DNA of 64,000 nucleotides from assembly GCA_011364925.1 (NCBI GenBank), contig RDOA01000014.1, positions 14,532-78,531 on the forward strand. Direction: 5' to 3'. This stretch comes from Promethearchaeota archaeon (GTDB taxonomy: Archaea; Asgardarchaeota; Lokiarchaeia; Sigyniarchaeales; SOKP01). Position numbers and translations under genes: made by a program. This document shows, piece by piece, positions 44,554 to 53,401 of the stretch; within the stretch, counting starts at the first letter, position 1; each line of letters opens with the position of its first letter. Under the pieces are notes generated by a model that was given only the letters and a program-made list of their open reading frames with translations, made no database searches and was not told where the DNA came from.

Positions 44554-44655
44554 GCGGGAAATGATCGTCTCATTACTCAAGATCTTCTTCATTAAGTGGC
44601 AGAATTGCACCGAACTTTCAGTTGGGTCAGAGTTCTCAAAGAAATCATTTCCCGC
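44554..44655. ncRNA. Candidate ~102-nt structured RNA (multi-way junction)
   Basis: Perfect 12-bp closing IR gcgggaaatgat/atcatttcccgc enclosing three short hairpins; GC-richer than the flanks. Confidence 0.45.
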
Positions 44656-44673
44656 ATGATTATTAAATGAATA

Positions 44674-45309
44674 TTATAGGTTAACAATGCCCTCTATCAC
44701 AACTAATCGTCCTTTTACCTTTAATCTGTTATCGCAAAACAACTCAATCGCTTTTGGGAATATTTTGTGCTCCCATTCTAACACTCTTGTTCCTAAGGTA
44801 TCTTCAGTATCAGTATCATATACTGGTACACATTTTTGGATAATTATAGGCCCATGGTCAGATTCAACATCAACAAAATGAACGGTGCATCCAGTTATTT
44901 TTACTCCATATTCTAGTACATCTCGATGGGCATGCAAACCTTTGAAAGATGGTAATAAAGCGGGATGAATATTCATTACATTTCCATTAAAGACCTGAAT
45001 AAATTTCTTGCTGACTAATCTCATATATCCTACCAAGACTATTAATTCGCAACCGTGATTTTTGAGAACTTTAATCATTCTTTCATCAAATTCCTCTCTT
45101 GGAAGGTGAAGAAATTTATCAGATTCAATTAGTTCGAAGGGAATATTGTGATTCTTCGCTCTCTCCATACAAAATGCGCCAGCTTTATTACATACAAGGA
45201 CTTCTACTCTTGCTTTGTTTTTTAATATACCTTCTTCGCAAGCTTTAACGATTGCTTCAAAATTTGAACCAGAGCCGCTAGCAATCGCACCAATTTTTAA
45301 TATTGACAT
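44674..45309 (-). CDS. purN: Phosphoribosylglycinamide formyltransferase
   Basis: ASGSGSNFEAI, VGYMR, NIHPALLPSFKG, GCTVHFV, DHGPII, EH. Confidence 0.95.
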   Translation of the reverse strand: MSILKIGAIASGSGSNFEAIVKACEEGILKNKARVEVLVCNKAGAFCMERAKNHNIPFELIESDKFLHLPREEFDERMIKVLKNHGCELIVLVGYMRLVSKKFIQVFNGNVMNIHPALLPSFKGLHAHRDVLEYGVKITGCTVHFVDVESDHGPIIIQKCVPVYDTDTEDTLGTRVLEWEHKIFPKAIELFCDNRLKVKGRLVVIEGIVNL

Positions 45310-45668
45310 TTCAAATTCTACCGTATGTAGTTTAAAAGTAGTTTACGTAAATAATCATTAGATATACTTTTTAACACAGTCTATAATGAAAATGTTTTTA
45401 TTTGATTAACTTATATATTATATAGAAATTAGAATTAATTCATTCTTAAATTTAATCTCTGGTATTAGTATTAATCTAAGAATTATTCTATTTGTTTAAA
45501 ACCGTCATTTAAAGAACCAAAATAACTATATATACAATTTTAAAGGAGATTGTAATTAGATTATTACAATTGAATCAATTTAACGATCAGATTAAGATAC
45601 TATTAAGTAAGAGCTAATCATTTTTAATTAGAAATAGTAAAACAGAAATATAAATAAATTGACTGAAT

Positions 45669-47579
45669 ATGAGTTTTGAAGGAGAATTACAAAGAATTAA
45701 GGAAGAAATTATCCAACATCTTCCGCCTGAGATAGAAATAAAAAAAATTGAGTTTGAAGGTCCAGAAATAGCAGTTTATTCTGAGAATACGAACCTCGAC
45801 GCAATTGAAAGTTCTGAAGTACTAAAAGACCTAGCAAAAACTATGAGAAAGAGGGTCGTATTCCGTTGGAACGTAGAAAAACGGAAAGATCCTTCTGAAA
45901 CAGAGGATTATATTCGAAGTTTAGTTGGTGAAGAAGCCGAAGTCTCTAATATTGAGTTTGATCATACCCGTGGCGAAGTTATTATAGAATCGGGTAAACC
46001 AGGGCTAGTGATTGGTAAGAAAGGAATTAATTTGAAAGAGATAAGGATGAATACCTTTTGGCAACCAAAAACAATACGAACACCTCCCTTAGAATCAAAA
46101 ACCATAAGCCTAATTAGACAAATGTTAACTAAAGAACGACAGACTCAAAAGGAGATTCTTCTTAATATTGGTAAAAGAATTCACCGACCTACGCTTTTCA
46201 ACGATTTAGACATCCGTTTAACCTGTTTAGGAGGTTTTAGGGAAGTTGGAAGGTCGTGTATCCTAATGCAAACAAGAGACAGCAATATCTTATTGGATGC
46301 TGGTCTGAATGTTGGAAATAAAAACGATCAATTTCCTCATTTTGATGTCCCAGAATTCTCGGTAAGAGATTTAGATGCCGTAATTATATCTCATGCTCAC
46401 TTAGATCACTGTGGTATGGTTCCATACTTATATAAATATGGGTATAGAGGACCGGTATATTGTACCTTACCCACACGCAATCTTGCAACTATGCTACAAC
46501 TGGATTTTGTTCAGATATGCGAAAAAGAAGGTATTCCTCTCCCTTATTCCAAAAGAGATGTAAAAAATACGGTACTTCATACTATACCTCTTTCTTGGGG
46601 CAAAGTTACAGATATTGCGCCTGATATCAAATTAACACTTCACAATTCTGGGCATATCTTAGGATCTTCGATTGTCCATCTACACTTTGGAAAAGGTGGA
46701 TTTAATTTCATTTACTCTGGTGACATGAAGTATCAAAAAACAAGGTTACTTGAAAAAGCTGCTGTGAAATTCCCAAGAGTTGAGGCTCTACTAATAGAAG
46801 CTACCTATGGAGGACCCCAAGATCGAATTCCAAGTAGACAAGACTCCGAGCGGGAACTACGGCAGATTTTAAATTCAACGATTAAGCGGGGTGGAAAGGT
46901 TCTTATACCTGTTTTAGCAGTTGGAAGAGCGCAAGAACTTATAATAGTATTAGAAGAACTTATTTCAAAAGCGATTATAGATCAAGTTCCAATCTTTCTT
47001 GATGGTTTAATCTCAGAAGCCACGGCAATTCATACAGCGAATCCGGATTTTCTTAGTTCGGATTTAAGAGAGAAAATATTACATCAAGGGAAAAATCCAT
47101 TTTTAAGCGAATTTTTTACGACAATTTCGACCCAAGATGAAAGAAACGATGTTATTATGGGAGGTCCTTGTATAATTTTGGCGACAAGTGGGATGTTAAT
47201 TGGCGGTCCATCAGTACAATATTTAAAAGCGTTAGCGGAAGACAAGAACAATTCTTTAATTTTTGTGTCATACCAAGTAAGTGGTACGCTAGGAAGTCGA
47301 ATTCAACGCGGATTTAGGGAAATTCAATATACAAACGATAAAGGGAGAACTCAACTAGTTAGATTAAACCTAAATGTGTTTACATTGGAAGGATTCAGCG
47401 GTCATTCTTCTCGTAGTCAAATTTCTCAATTTCTCAGAAGAATCCAACCTAAACCAAAATTGGTTATAACGAATCACGGAGAAGAAAGTAAATGCGTGAG
47501 TCTGTCAACTATGATTCATAAAAAATTAAGAAAAGCGACTAAAAGTCCAAAAAATAGAGAAACTATACTCCTAAAATAG
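45669..47579 (+). CDS. aCPSF1 / FttA KH-domain beta-CASP ribonuclease
   Basis: Two N-terminal KH domains, GGFREVGRS, SHAHLDH, GHILGS, EATYG, GFSGHS, HGE. Confidence 0.95.
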   Translation: MSFEGELQRIKEEIIQHLPPEIEIKKIEFEGPEIAVYSENTNLDAIESSEVLKDLAKTMRKRVVFRWNVEKRKDPSETEDYIRSLVGEEAEVSNIEFDHTRGEVIIESGKPGLVIGKKGINLKEIRMNTFWQPKTIRTPPLESKTISLIRQMLTKERQTQKEILLNIGKRIHRPTLFNDLDIRLTCLGGFREVGRSCILMQTRDSNILLDAGLNVGNKNDQFPHFDVPEFSVRDLDAVIISHAHLDHCGMVPYLYKYGYRGPVYCTLPTRNLATMLQLDFVQICEKEGIPLPYSKRDVKNTVLHTIPLSWGKVTDIAPDIKLTLHNSGHILGSSIVHLHFGKGGFNFIYSGDMKYQKTRLLEKAAVKFPRVEALLIEATYGGPQDRIPSRQDSERELRQILNSTIKRGGKVLIPVLAVGRAQELIIVLEELISKAIIDQVPIFLDGLISEATAIHTANPDFLSSDLREKILHQGKNPFLSEFFTTISTQDERNDVIMGGPCIILATSGMLIGGPSVQYLKALAEDKNNSLIFVSYQVSGTLGSRIQRGFREIQYTNDKGRTQLVRLNLNVFTLEGFSGHSSRSQISQFLRRIQPKPKLVITNHGEESKCVSLSTMIHKKLRKATKSPKNRETILLK

Positions 47580-47700
47580 ACTTTATTCAGAAATATATAT
47601 TTAATTTTCAATTTTTTTGCGTATTTATCCTTGGTACTTTAATTTTTAATAAATTTTAAGTATAGATTAAAGATAATTAAATTTCAAAAGAGATGATTTT

Positions 47701-48135
47701 ATGCCAATTGTAGAACTAAAAAAAGAGATTCTATCCCCAGTGGAAAAAGTCTACGAGATTTTAAATGATTATCTCGCTTTACCCAAATGGAATATCGTAG
47801 TAACTGAAATTTCTCAACTCGAACCTAAAAAGTATTTTTTAAAAACTAATGTTGGTGATATAACCAACATAGAAGTAGAAAATGTTCCCAATGAAAAAAT
47901 GACTTCAATTCAAGAGGGAAGTCCTATGCAAAAAATTGGATATATTTTCGAACCTAAAGGTAATACGACTGTAGTTACTCTCTGGGCAGAATTTGAGTTA
48001 GAAGACCAAAGGAATGTAATGGAAATGGCAGGAGACCTGTTTTTAAAGAGTTTAAAAGTTTACTCTGATTATATAAGTGCTGGAGGCAATCCAGAAGAAT
48101 ATAAAAAATCCTTCGGTAAAATTAATAAAGCATAA
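47701..48135 (+). CDS. SRPBCC/START-like ligand-binding protein
   Basis: PVEKVYEILNDYLALPKWN N-terminal signature; C-terminal helix. Confidence 0.72.
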   Translation: MPIVELKKEILSPVEKVYEILNDYLALPKWNIVVTEISQLEPKKYFLKTNVGDITNIEVENVPNEKMTSIQEGSPMQKIGYIFEPKGNTTVVTLWAEFELEDQRNVMEMAGDLFLKSLKVYSDYISAGGNPEEYKKSFGKINKA

Positions 48136-48236
48136 GTATAGTATTATTATTTTTTTTTATTTCTTGCTTTTCAACTTCCTCTTGAGAAGATCAATTTTTT
48201 TAACCAGCAACTATTTATTAATTTAAAATTTATTAT

Positions 48237-49187
48237 GTGATTTCATTGAGATTAAAAAGGTTAAAGATAAGAGAAAATGCTATTAAGATCAGTCGTAGAA
48301 CAATTCAGATTATTGCGTTTTTACTTGTAAATTATATAATTCTTGAGATAATTTTACCTATTAATCTCATAGGTTTCGAAGGAATCGTGAAAGTGCTGCC
48401 AATATTAAATTCACCACGAAATCCTTTATCTGATGGATCTGGAATTCTGGAATATATTTTCTTTTCCATGGCAGAAGGAGTTTTTCCCTTCTTTCTTTTA
48501 GCAGTATTAATTATAGTATTGTTACTCACAAATCGAATATTTTGCGGTTGGATTTGTCCGATCGGTTCAATCCAAGATTTATGTGCCGCTATCCCAACCA
48601 AAAAAAGAAAATTCAAGATATCTACGCATAAAAGTCTTCTTAACATCAAGTATGTTATCATAATTATTACTATAATTATTATCTTTCCCTTAGGGATCAC
48701 AAAGAACGCAAACATATTGTTTTATAACGATTTTAAGGCCCAAATAGGTGCTTTTGCTAATCAACCAATAGGATTTTTCTCATTATCAGAATACATTTTT
48801 GTGTTTTTCCCTTATGTATTTGAGAATGTTATAATACCAGTACAACTTGGTGCATTGGATTTTGGAGGATGGATTATCTTTATTGTTTATATTTTAATCA
48901 TAATTCTCTCAGTTTTTTACCCACGATTTTATTGTAGATATATCTGCCCTTTTGCTGCTGTGTCTTCTGCTGTAACAGATTTTTCCTTTTTAAAATTAGC
49001 TAGAAATCCCGTAAGATGCGTAGGTCGGTCAGAATGCGGAATTTGTGAAGAAGTTTGTCCTAAACAAATACGAATACTGGAAGAACCATTCGATTTCTTC
49101 ACTGGACGTGGTGAATGTAATTTTTGTTTGGAATGTAAAGAAAAATGTCCTTACGATGCTATAATAATCAAATTTGGAAATGTATAA
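48237..49187 (+). CDS. NapH/MauN-like membrane 4Fe-4S binding protein
   Basis: RIFCGWICPIG and RFYCRYICPF motifs, TM helices, C-terminal ferredoxin CGICEEVCP / CNFCLECKEKCP. Confidence 0.85.
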   Translation: MISLRLKRLKIRENAIKISRRTIQIIAFLLVNYIILEIILPINLIGFEGIVKVLPILNSPRNPLSDGSGILEYIFFSMAEGVFPFFLLAVLIIVLLLTNRIFCGWICPIGSIQDLCAAIPTKKRKFKISTHKSLLNIKYVIIIITIIIIFPLGITKNANILFYNDFKAQIGAFANQPIGFFSLSEYIFVFFPYVFENVIIPVQLGALDFGGWIIFIVYILIIILSVFYPRFYCRYICPFAAVSSAVTDFSFLKLARNPVRCVGRSECGICEEVCPKQIRILEEPFDFFTGRGECNFCLECKEKCPYDAIIIKFGNV

Positions 49188-49217
49188 AACGTTTCAAATA
49201 CTTTTATTAATGTAAAA

Positions 49218-50438
49218 GTGATTAATTGCGTGGATCCTAAAAATCTAAAAATTTATACTTTACATATGAGAAGAGATTCGGATATTGGTGATTTAGCGAT
49301 ATCTGATTCTCAGGCAACAAGGTATTACGAAGAAGACGATGAATCGAACATTGATATTAGACCAGCTTTTTTCAGAGATGTCGATCGAATTGTGCACAGT
49401 AAAGCTTACGCACGATATATCGATAAAACTCAAGTATTTTTCGGAATTAATAATGCAAATATCACACATCGTTCTTTACATGTTATTTTGGTATCTCGAA
49501 TAGCTCGACAATTAGGAAGAATACTAAAATTTAATACTGATTTAATAGAGGCTATCGCTTTAAGTCACGATGTTGGACATTCTCCTTTTGGTCATTTGGG
49601 AGAGGAAATCTTGAATGAATTAAGTTTAAAATATCATTTAGGAGTTTTTAACCATAATGCTCAAGGTGTAAGGTGGTTATCCTATCTTGAAAAAAGATTT
49701 CCTGACCAACCTGCGAAAGGTTTAAATTTGACTTTACAAGTGTTAGATGGTGTGCTTTGCCACGATGGTGAAGTTAACGAAAGGGAATTAAAACCTATTT
49801 CAGTAAACGGAAAAACTTGGGAAGATCATTTTTCTGAGTATATGGAAAGCTTTAGCACAAATAAGCTTCGAAGAATTCCAATGTCATACGAAGCAATAGC
49901 AGTAAGATTTGCAGATTCTATAGCTTATATTGGAAGAGATATTGAAGATGCGATATTATTAAAGTTTATAAAAAGGTCAGATATCCCTAAAAATTGTATA
50001 TCTGTGCTTGGTGATACTAATCGAGAAATTATGAAGACTTTGATTATGGATTTATTAAATACCAGTTTACATCGAGATAAAATAGGATATAGTGAACCCA
50101 TCTTTGAAGCTTTCAAAGAATTAAAGAAATTTAATTACGATTATATTTACAGTCGTAGAGATATGTATAAAACCGATGAATCTAAACTTACATACATAGA
50201 AAATTTAACTAAACAATTTGAATTGATTTTCGAGAAATCTTTACAAGATTTAGAGGAGAAAAATGTAAGGGCTCCAATCTTTAGAGATCACATAGAGTAT
50301 ATAGACGACGAAAATCACTCAACTTATTACAAACCAAATAAAGAAGAAGGTAATTTAGCTTTAATCGTTCGTGATTACATCGCAGGAATGAGTGATAAAT
50401 ATTTTCACGAAATTTACAACCAACTAAAAAGAAACTAG
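49218..50438 (+). CDS. HD-domain dGTPase-like dNTP triphosphohydrolase
   Basis: RDVDRIVHSKAY..KTQV, HRSLH, HDVGHSPFGHLGE, ADSIAY, RDYIAGMSD; start may be 49266. Confidence 0.9.
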   Translation: MINCVDPKNLKIYTLHMRRDSDIGDLAISDSQATRYYEEDDESNIDIRPAFFRDVDRIVHSKAYARYIDKTQVFFGINNANITHRSLHVILVSRIARQLGRILKFNTDLIEAIALSHDVGHSPFGHLGEEILNELSLKYHLGVFNHNAQGVRWLSYLEKRFPDQPAKGLNLTLQVLDGVLCHDGEVNERELKPISVNGKTWEDHFSEYMESFSTNKLRRIPMSYEAIAVRFADSIAYIGRDIEDAILLKFIKRSDIPKNCISVLGDTNREIMKTLIMDLLNTSLHRDKIGYSEPIFEAFKELKKFNYDYIYSRRDMYKTDESKLTYIENLTKQFELIFEKSLQDLEEKNVRAPIFRDHIEYIDDENHSTYYKPNKEEGNLALIVRDYIAGMSDKYFHEIYNQLKRN

Positions 50439-50558
50439 AAAGAAATTCTTTTCATTAGCTTCTAACACTAGTTTTTATATATAACATCTCCAAGAACTAA
50501 CAACAATCCCATAATTAATATCATTTATATTTCAAATGATTCAACTTTCTATAATTAT

Positions 50559-50705
50559 TTAATTAAACTCTTTCCAATATTCATCTTCTTCTTTAGAAAA
50601 CCAACCAACTTTATTTTTCAATTCCCATTCTATTGTCTTAAGGTTTTCTTCTAACATTTCTTTTCCTTCTTTTGATTTATAGAATTTCTTTAACTTTCTT
50701 GACAT
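50559..50705 (-). CDS. Small 48-aa hypothetical protein (below the ORF-track cutoff)
   Basis: MSRKLKKFYKSKEGKEMLEENLKTIEWELKNKVGWFSKEEDEYWKEFN*; GGAGAGTGA RBS 5 nt upstream of the ATG. Confidence 0.55.
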   Translation of the reverse strand: MSRKLKKFYKSKEGKEMLEENLKTIEWELKNKVGWFSKEEDEYWKEFN

Positions 50706-50872
50706 TATTTTCACTCTCCTAATGTTTTCACTCCATTTTTTAGTTATGGAATTTTCCTAGACAAATTAGGCAGATTTCAATCACTAATATCTAAAGAGGA
50801 CTGAATCTTGTAAATTTCCCTACAAGCCGATTACTTATACGATTATAAGGGGAATTAAAACCTAATATAAAA

Positions 50873-51021
50873 GGATTACACCGGAGGATAAATTTTTAAA
50901 GTTTACATAACGGGGTTTTGTTTTTTTTCAGTCACGGGGTTTTAATACTCTCAGTTAGAAAAGTATTAACAAAAACAAGAATTTTTTTAGAATCCTCCTT
51001 GCAATAATGCTGGTGTAATCC
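50873..51021. ncRNA. Candidate ~150-nt long irregular hairpin
   Basis: ggattacacc/ggtgtaatcc, ggaggat/atcctcc and ttaatact/agtattaa nested IRs; acggggtttt direct repeat x2. Confidence 0.35.
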
Positions 51022-51104
51022 AATAAATTATAAGGTGATACTCTAATAAAAATCTATCTTTATTTTAATGCAATTTTTTAAATTGATATTGATGAGATAA
51101 ACAA

Positions 51105-51207
51105 TAGCCCGGCACGGAATTTCGATAAACGACTTGAATTCATTAATTTTCGAACCGTGGTCCAGGGGTTCAGGGCCCCCGATGCTTGGCCACTACACCA
51201 CCGGGCT
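51105..51207 (-). tRNA. tRNA-Gln(CTG) with a 30-nt intron at 59/60 (intron 51119-51148)
   Basis: Acceptor AGCCCGG/CCGGGCT+A, anticodon arm GGGGG-CCCTGAA-CCCCT, T stem CACGG/CCGTG; BHB removal restores the TTCGAAT loop. Confidence 0.9.
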
Positions 51208-51300
51208 TTTAAACCTAACATTAATTTAGTCAGATAATTAATCAAATAAATATCAGATTAATTATATTTTTAATTGTTTTTATGGGTTTAAAACCAGTTT

Positions 51301-51657
51301 TCATCCCGTCCTTTTAATTACATGATATCCAAACTTAGATTTAACGGGTTGAGAAATTTCGTTGATTTTTAACTTAGTACACGCGTTCCAAAATTCGGGG
51401 ACCATATCACCTTTGGAAAATTCTCCAAGGTTTCCTCCTTTTTTTTTACTTGAGCATGTTGAAAATTGTCGAGCTAAATTCTCAAAATTTGCTCCCGCTT
51501 GTATATCTTCGTATAGTTCCTGGGCCCTGCTAAATTTATCAACTAAAATATGACTCGCTTTAATTTTCCCACCACGGAGGGGATCCCCTCCAGATTTAGA
51601 TCCTTTTGGAGTAGCTCCTTTTTGTTGGTACCCTTTTCCATACTTACTTTTTCCCAT
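51301..51657 (-). CDS. Parvulin-type PPIase with basic Gly/Lys-rich N-terminal tail
   Basis: IKASHILV, FENLARQFSTCSS..KGGNLG, MVPEF, PVKSKFGYHVI; ATG 51657 (or GTG 51666). Confidence 0.92.
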   Translation of the reverse strand: MGKSKYGKGYQQKGATPKGSKSGGDPLRGGKIKASHILVDKFSRAQELYEDIQAGANFENLARQFSTCSSKKKGGNLGEFSKGDMVPEFWNACTKLKINEISQPVKSKFGYHVIKRTG

Positions 51658-51675
51658 TCTGATCACTTTTCTGTA

Positions 51676-52788
51676 TTATTCTATTCCTTTTTCTTTTCTT
51701 CTTAACTCTGCTTTTTTATCCATAATTTTTAAGAATAAATGTGTAGAATCATCAGGAGGAATTACTTCTTTATCTTTCTTTTTTAGCTTAATCGCCTCTT
51801 CGGGGCAAGAAACTACACAATTACCACAACCTATGCATAACAATTTATCGATTAGTGCAACATCATTTTCTATATGAATCGCATCCATTTTACACCTCTC
51901 AAGACAAGTTTCGCAACCTATACATAAATCAGAATCAACTTCTGTATAATAGTTTGAAGTAATAAGTTCCCAAGGACGATCAAGTTTCTTAATATTGGAT
52001 AATAAATCACAACAAGAACAGCAACAACAGATATATGAAGGATGTTTAGCATTTCCTGGTTGAATCACTAATCCTTCTTCTTGTGCTCGTTTTAAAATAG
52101 AAAAAGCTTCCTCCTTTGTAATAAAGCGTCCATATCCACGATTTACAGCGTTTAATGCAGACGAATTAACTGTAAAACAACGCTCTGACATTGAATTGCA
52201 GGACTTATCTAGAAGATCGTATGCTTTATGACATATACATGAAGAAACTGCGATTTGCTTCGCATCTTCGAATATATTATTTAACTCATCATATGTAGCA
52301 ATATGATGCTCCGGTGAGATACTTTTTTCGATGGGGATTGTTCGAAGTTGATTTATTTTTGTGCTAGAAAACTCATCTCTAAAAGCCTCTTCCATGTATT
52401 GTTCAAAATCTTCATAAAATTCTTTAGTAATTCGATTTACTTGATACTCAAACATTCCAACCGCTAAAGGAGAGTTTTGATAAAGAATTTCTTCTGTCCC
52501 ATCTCCCTTTTCCAATCTTGCTTTCCTAATACTCCCCTTTATAAACATCGTCTCTAACATCTCTTCCAATTCACCTATAGTCATCCCTAATCTCTTGACA
52601 CGACGATATATATTTTTGATAGGTTCTGGAATAAACCTCATATTCAATGCGATTTCAGCTTCTGTAGGAGAAAATAAGAATTTCAAAATTCTAATTTCAA
52701 TCCCAGATTCTGTAGCGGGATAACCTATAGGCAATGTGTCAAGATGTTGTTGTAGTTTTCTATAAATGTCTGTACCTGCTTGATTCAA
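51676..52788 (-). CDS. 4Fe-4S dicluster-domain protein with N-terminal helical/HTH-like domain
   Basis: CIC..C..C, ICCCCSCC cluster, CIGCETCLERC and CIGCGNCVVSCP ferredoxin motifs. Confidence 0.85.
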   Translation of the reverse strand: MNQAGTDIYRKLQQHLDTLPIGYPATESGIEIRILKFLFSPTEAEIALNMRFIPEPIKNIYRRVKRLGMTIGELEEMLETMFIKGSIRKARLEKGDGTEEILYQNSPLAVGMFEYQVNRITKEFYEDFEQYMEEAFRDEFSSTKINQLRTIPIEKSISPEHHIATYDELNNIFEDAKQIAVSSCICHKAYDLLDKSCNSMSERCFTVNSSALNAVNRGYGRFITKEEAFSILKRAQEEGLVIQPGNAKHPSYICCCCSCCDLLSNIKKLDRPWELITSNYYTEVDSDLCIGCETCLERCKMDAIHIENDVALIDKLLCIGCGNCVVSCPEEAIKLKKKDKEVIPPDDSTHLFLKIMDKKAELRRKEKGIE

Positions 52789-52908
52789 GGGTTATTTCAC
52801 TCCTAGTCTTGACTGTACAATTAAGATAATGATATGAAATTCCGAGTAAAATTTAATTTTACGATTATTAATTTTAATAAAACTAGAAGAAATGGAATGT
52901 TTAAACAC

Positions 52909-53325
52909 TTAATTTATGATAAGGTATCTGAAATTCTTCAATTCTTTAATACCGTTTATTTCTACAACGATGTTTTGAAATTCTTGAATTTCACCTTCGA
53001 ATATCATGAAGATTATGAGATTTTCACTTTGGAAATGTTGATTCTTATTTACAATCTGCTCTTTGTATTTGCTTTCAATTTTATTTAATCTTCGTAATAT
53101 TATCGGATCGTGTGGTGCAACGATAATAAGATTACCTATAATTCTTTTAGCAATTGACTTAATTTCTCCATAAGGTTCTAAATTAGAAACCTCAATATCC
53201 GACATTAACCGCAATAACGCATCTCTTATCAATTTAGATTTGTTCTCGTATTGATTCTTAGAAATAAGTTTATTAATAAATTGCTTTAAACTTTCATTTA
53301 TGGAAAAACTAATTATAGGGCTCAC
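52909..53325 (-). CDS. NikR-like ribbon-helix-helix regulator with ACT-like C-domain
   Basis: IISFSINESL..F..L....YENKSKLIRDAL RHH; IIGNLIIV..H and IFEGE NikR-C-like pattern. Confidence 0.72.
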   Translation of the reverse strand: MSPIISFSINESLKQFINKLISKNQYENKSKLIRDALLRLMSDIEVSNLEPYGEIKSIAKRIIGNLIIVAPHDPIILRRLNKIESKYKEQIVNKNQHFQSENLIIFMIFEGEIQEFQNIVVEINGIKELKNFRYLIIN

Positions 53326-53401
53326 TTAAATACTCAACTCTTTTTACTTCTTACTAATATAAATTCACCATTACATTTATAAATATTTTTAGCAAAATAA
53401 G

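Noticed and set aside
44554-44655. SECIS, cobalamin/FMN riboswitch, C/D guide, hammerhead or tRNA-Sec interpretation of the structured element
   Set aside because: No in-frame TGA selenoprotein nearby; only a GGUGCAAUUC fragment resembles riboswitch T-loops; no proper C/D box set, CUGANGA core or tRNA arm geometry
45310-45668. Long AT-rich spacer as a replication origin
   Set aside because: No ORB repeats or cdc6/orc1 nearby; adequately explained as divergent promoters of purN and aCPSF1
50475-50524. 18-codon hydrophobic ORF (MILIMGLLLVLGDVIYKN) as a type I toxin
   Set aside because: Too short, no RBS, no supporting evidence
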